A program made the position numbers and the translations under genes. A stretch of 63,840 bases of DNA, counting the filler, from Welwitschia mirabilis (taxonomy: Eukaryota), in the NCBI GenBank assembly GCA_051453625.1. It is 5 parts of one record of this genome, joined end to end, with 100 filler letters (N's around TTAATTAATTAA, not from the genome) between each part and the next. Parts side by side here need not be neighbours in the genome. Positions count along the whole stretch, not along the records: positions 59,249 to 63,840 come from JBOZIK010000001.1; 4 more parts are not named here. One strand, written 5' to 3'. This document shows, in pieces, positions 63,784-63,840 of this stretch (position 1 is its first letter; every line of letters starts with the position of its first letter). The notes under the pieces were generated by a model. It was not told the origin of the DNA, made no database searches, and saw only the letters and a program-made list of their open reading frames with translations.

Positions 63784-63840
<57 letters not shown>
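63784..63840. repeat. (TC)n(CA)n compound microsatellite
   Basis: Directly visible. Confidence 0.97.

Overview
Eukaryotic (land-plant-like) genomic DNA, very AT-rich and gap-ridden. It is a concatenation of five short scaffolds (1-14458, 14559-30633, 30734-44290, 44391-59148, 59249-63840) joined by four identical artificial 100-bp linkers (N44-TTAATTAATTAA-N44). Almost everything is nested, decayed transposable elements: Ty1/copia remnants (gag, RT and RNase H of Tork-like and Ale-like elements, plus Sirevirus-like LTRs), Ty3/gypsy remnants (Athila-like, Tat-like and Tekay-like LTRs, PBSs, gag, protease, integrase tail) and three non-autonomous hAT-type DNA elements with TIRs and 8-bp TSDs. 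The only host gene evidence is two internal exons of a plant TMEM120/TMPIT-like gene (53673-53993, +), missed by the ORF track. Scaffolds 1-3 show extreme C->T/G->A decay in all contexts; scaffolds 4-5 are much less decayed. I found no convincing new biological system. The best leads are the mutational signature, an RT-less Athila-like family, an extra ORF in a Tat-like element, and possible captured sequence in a hAT element. Family assignments come from motif recognition by eye and need database confirmation.
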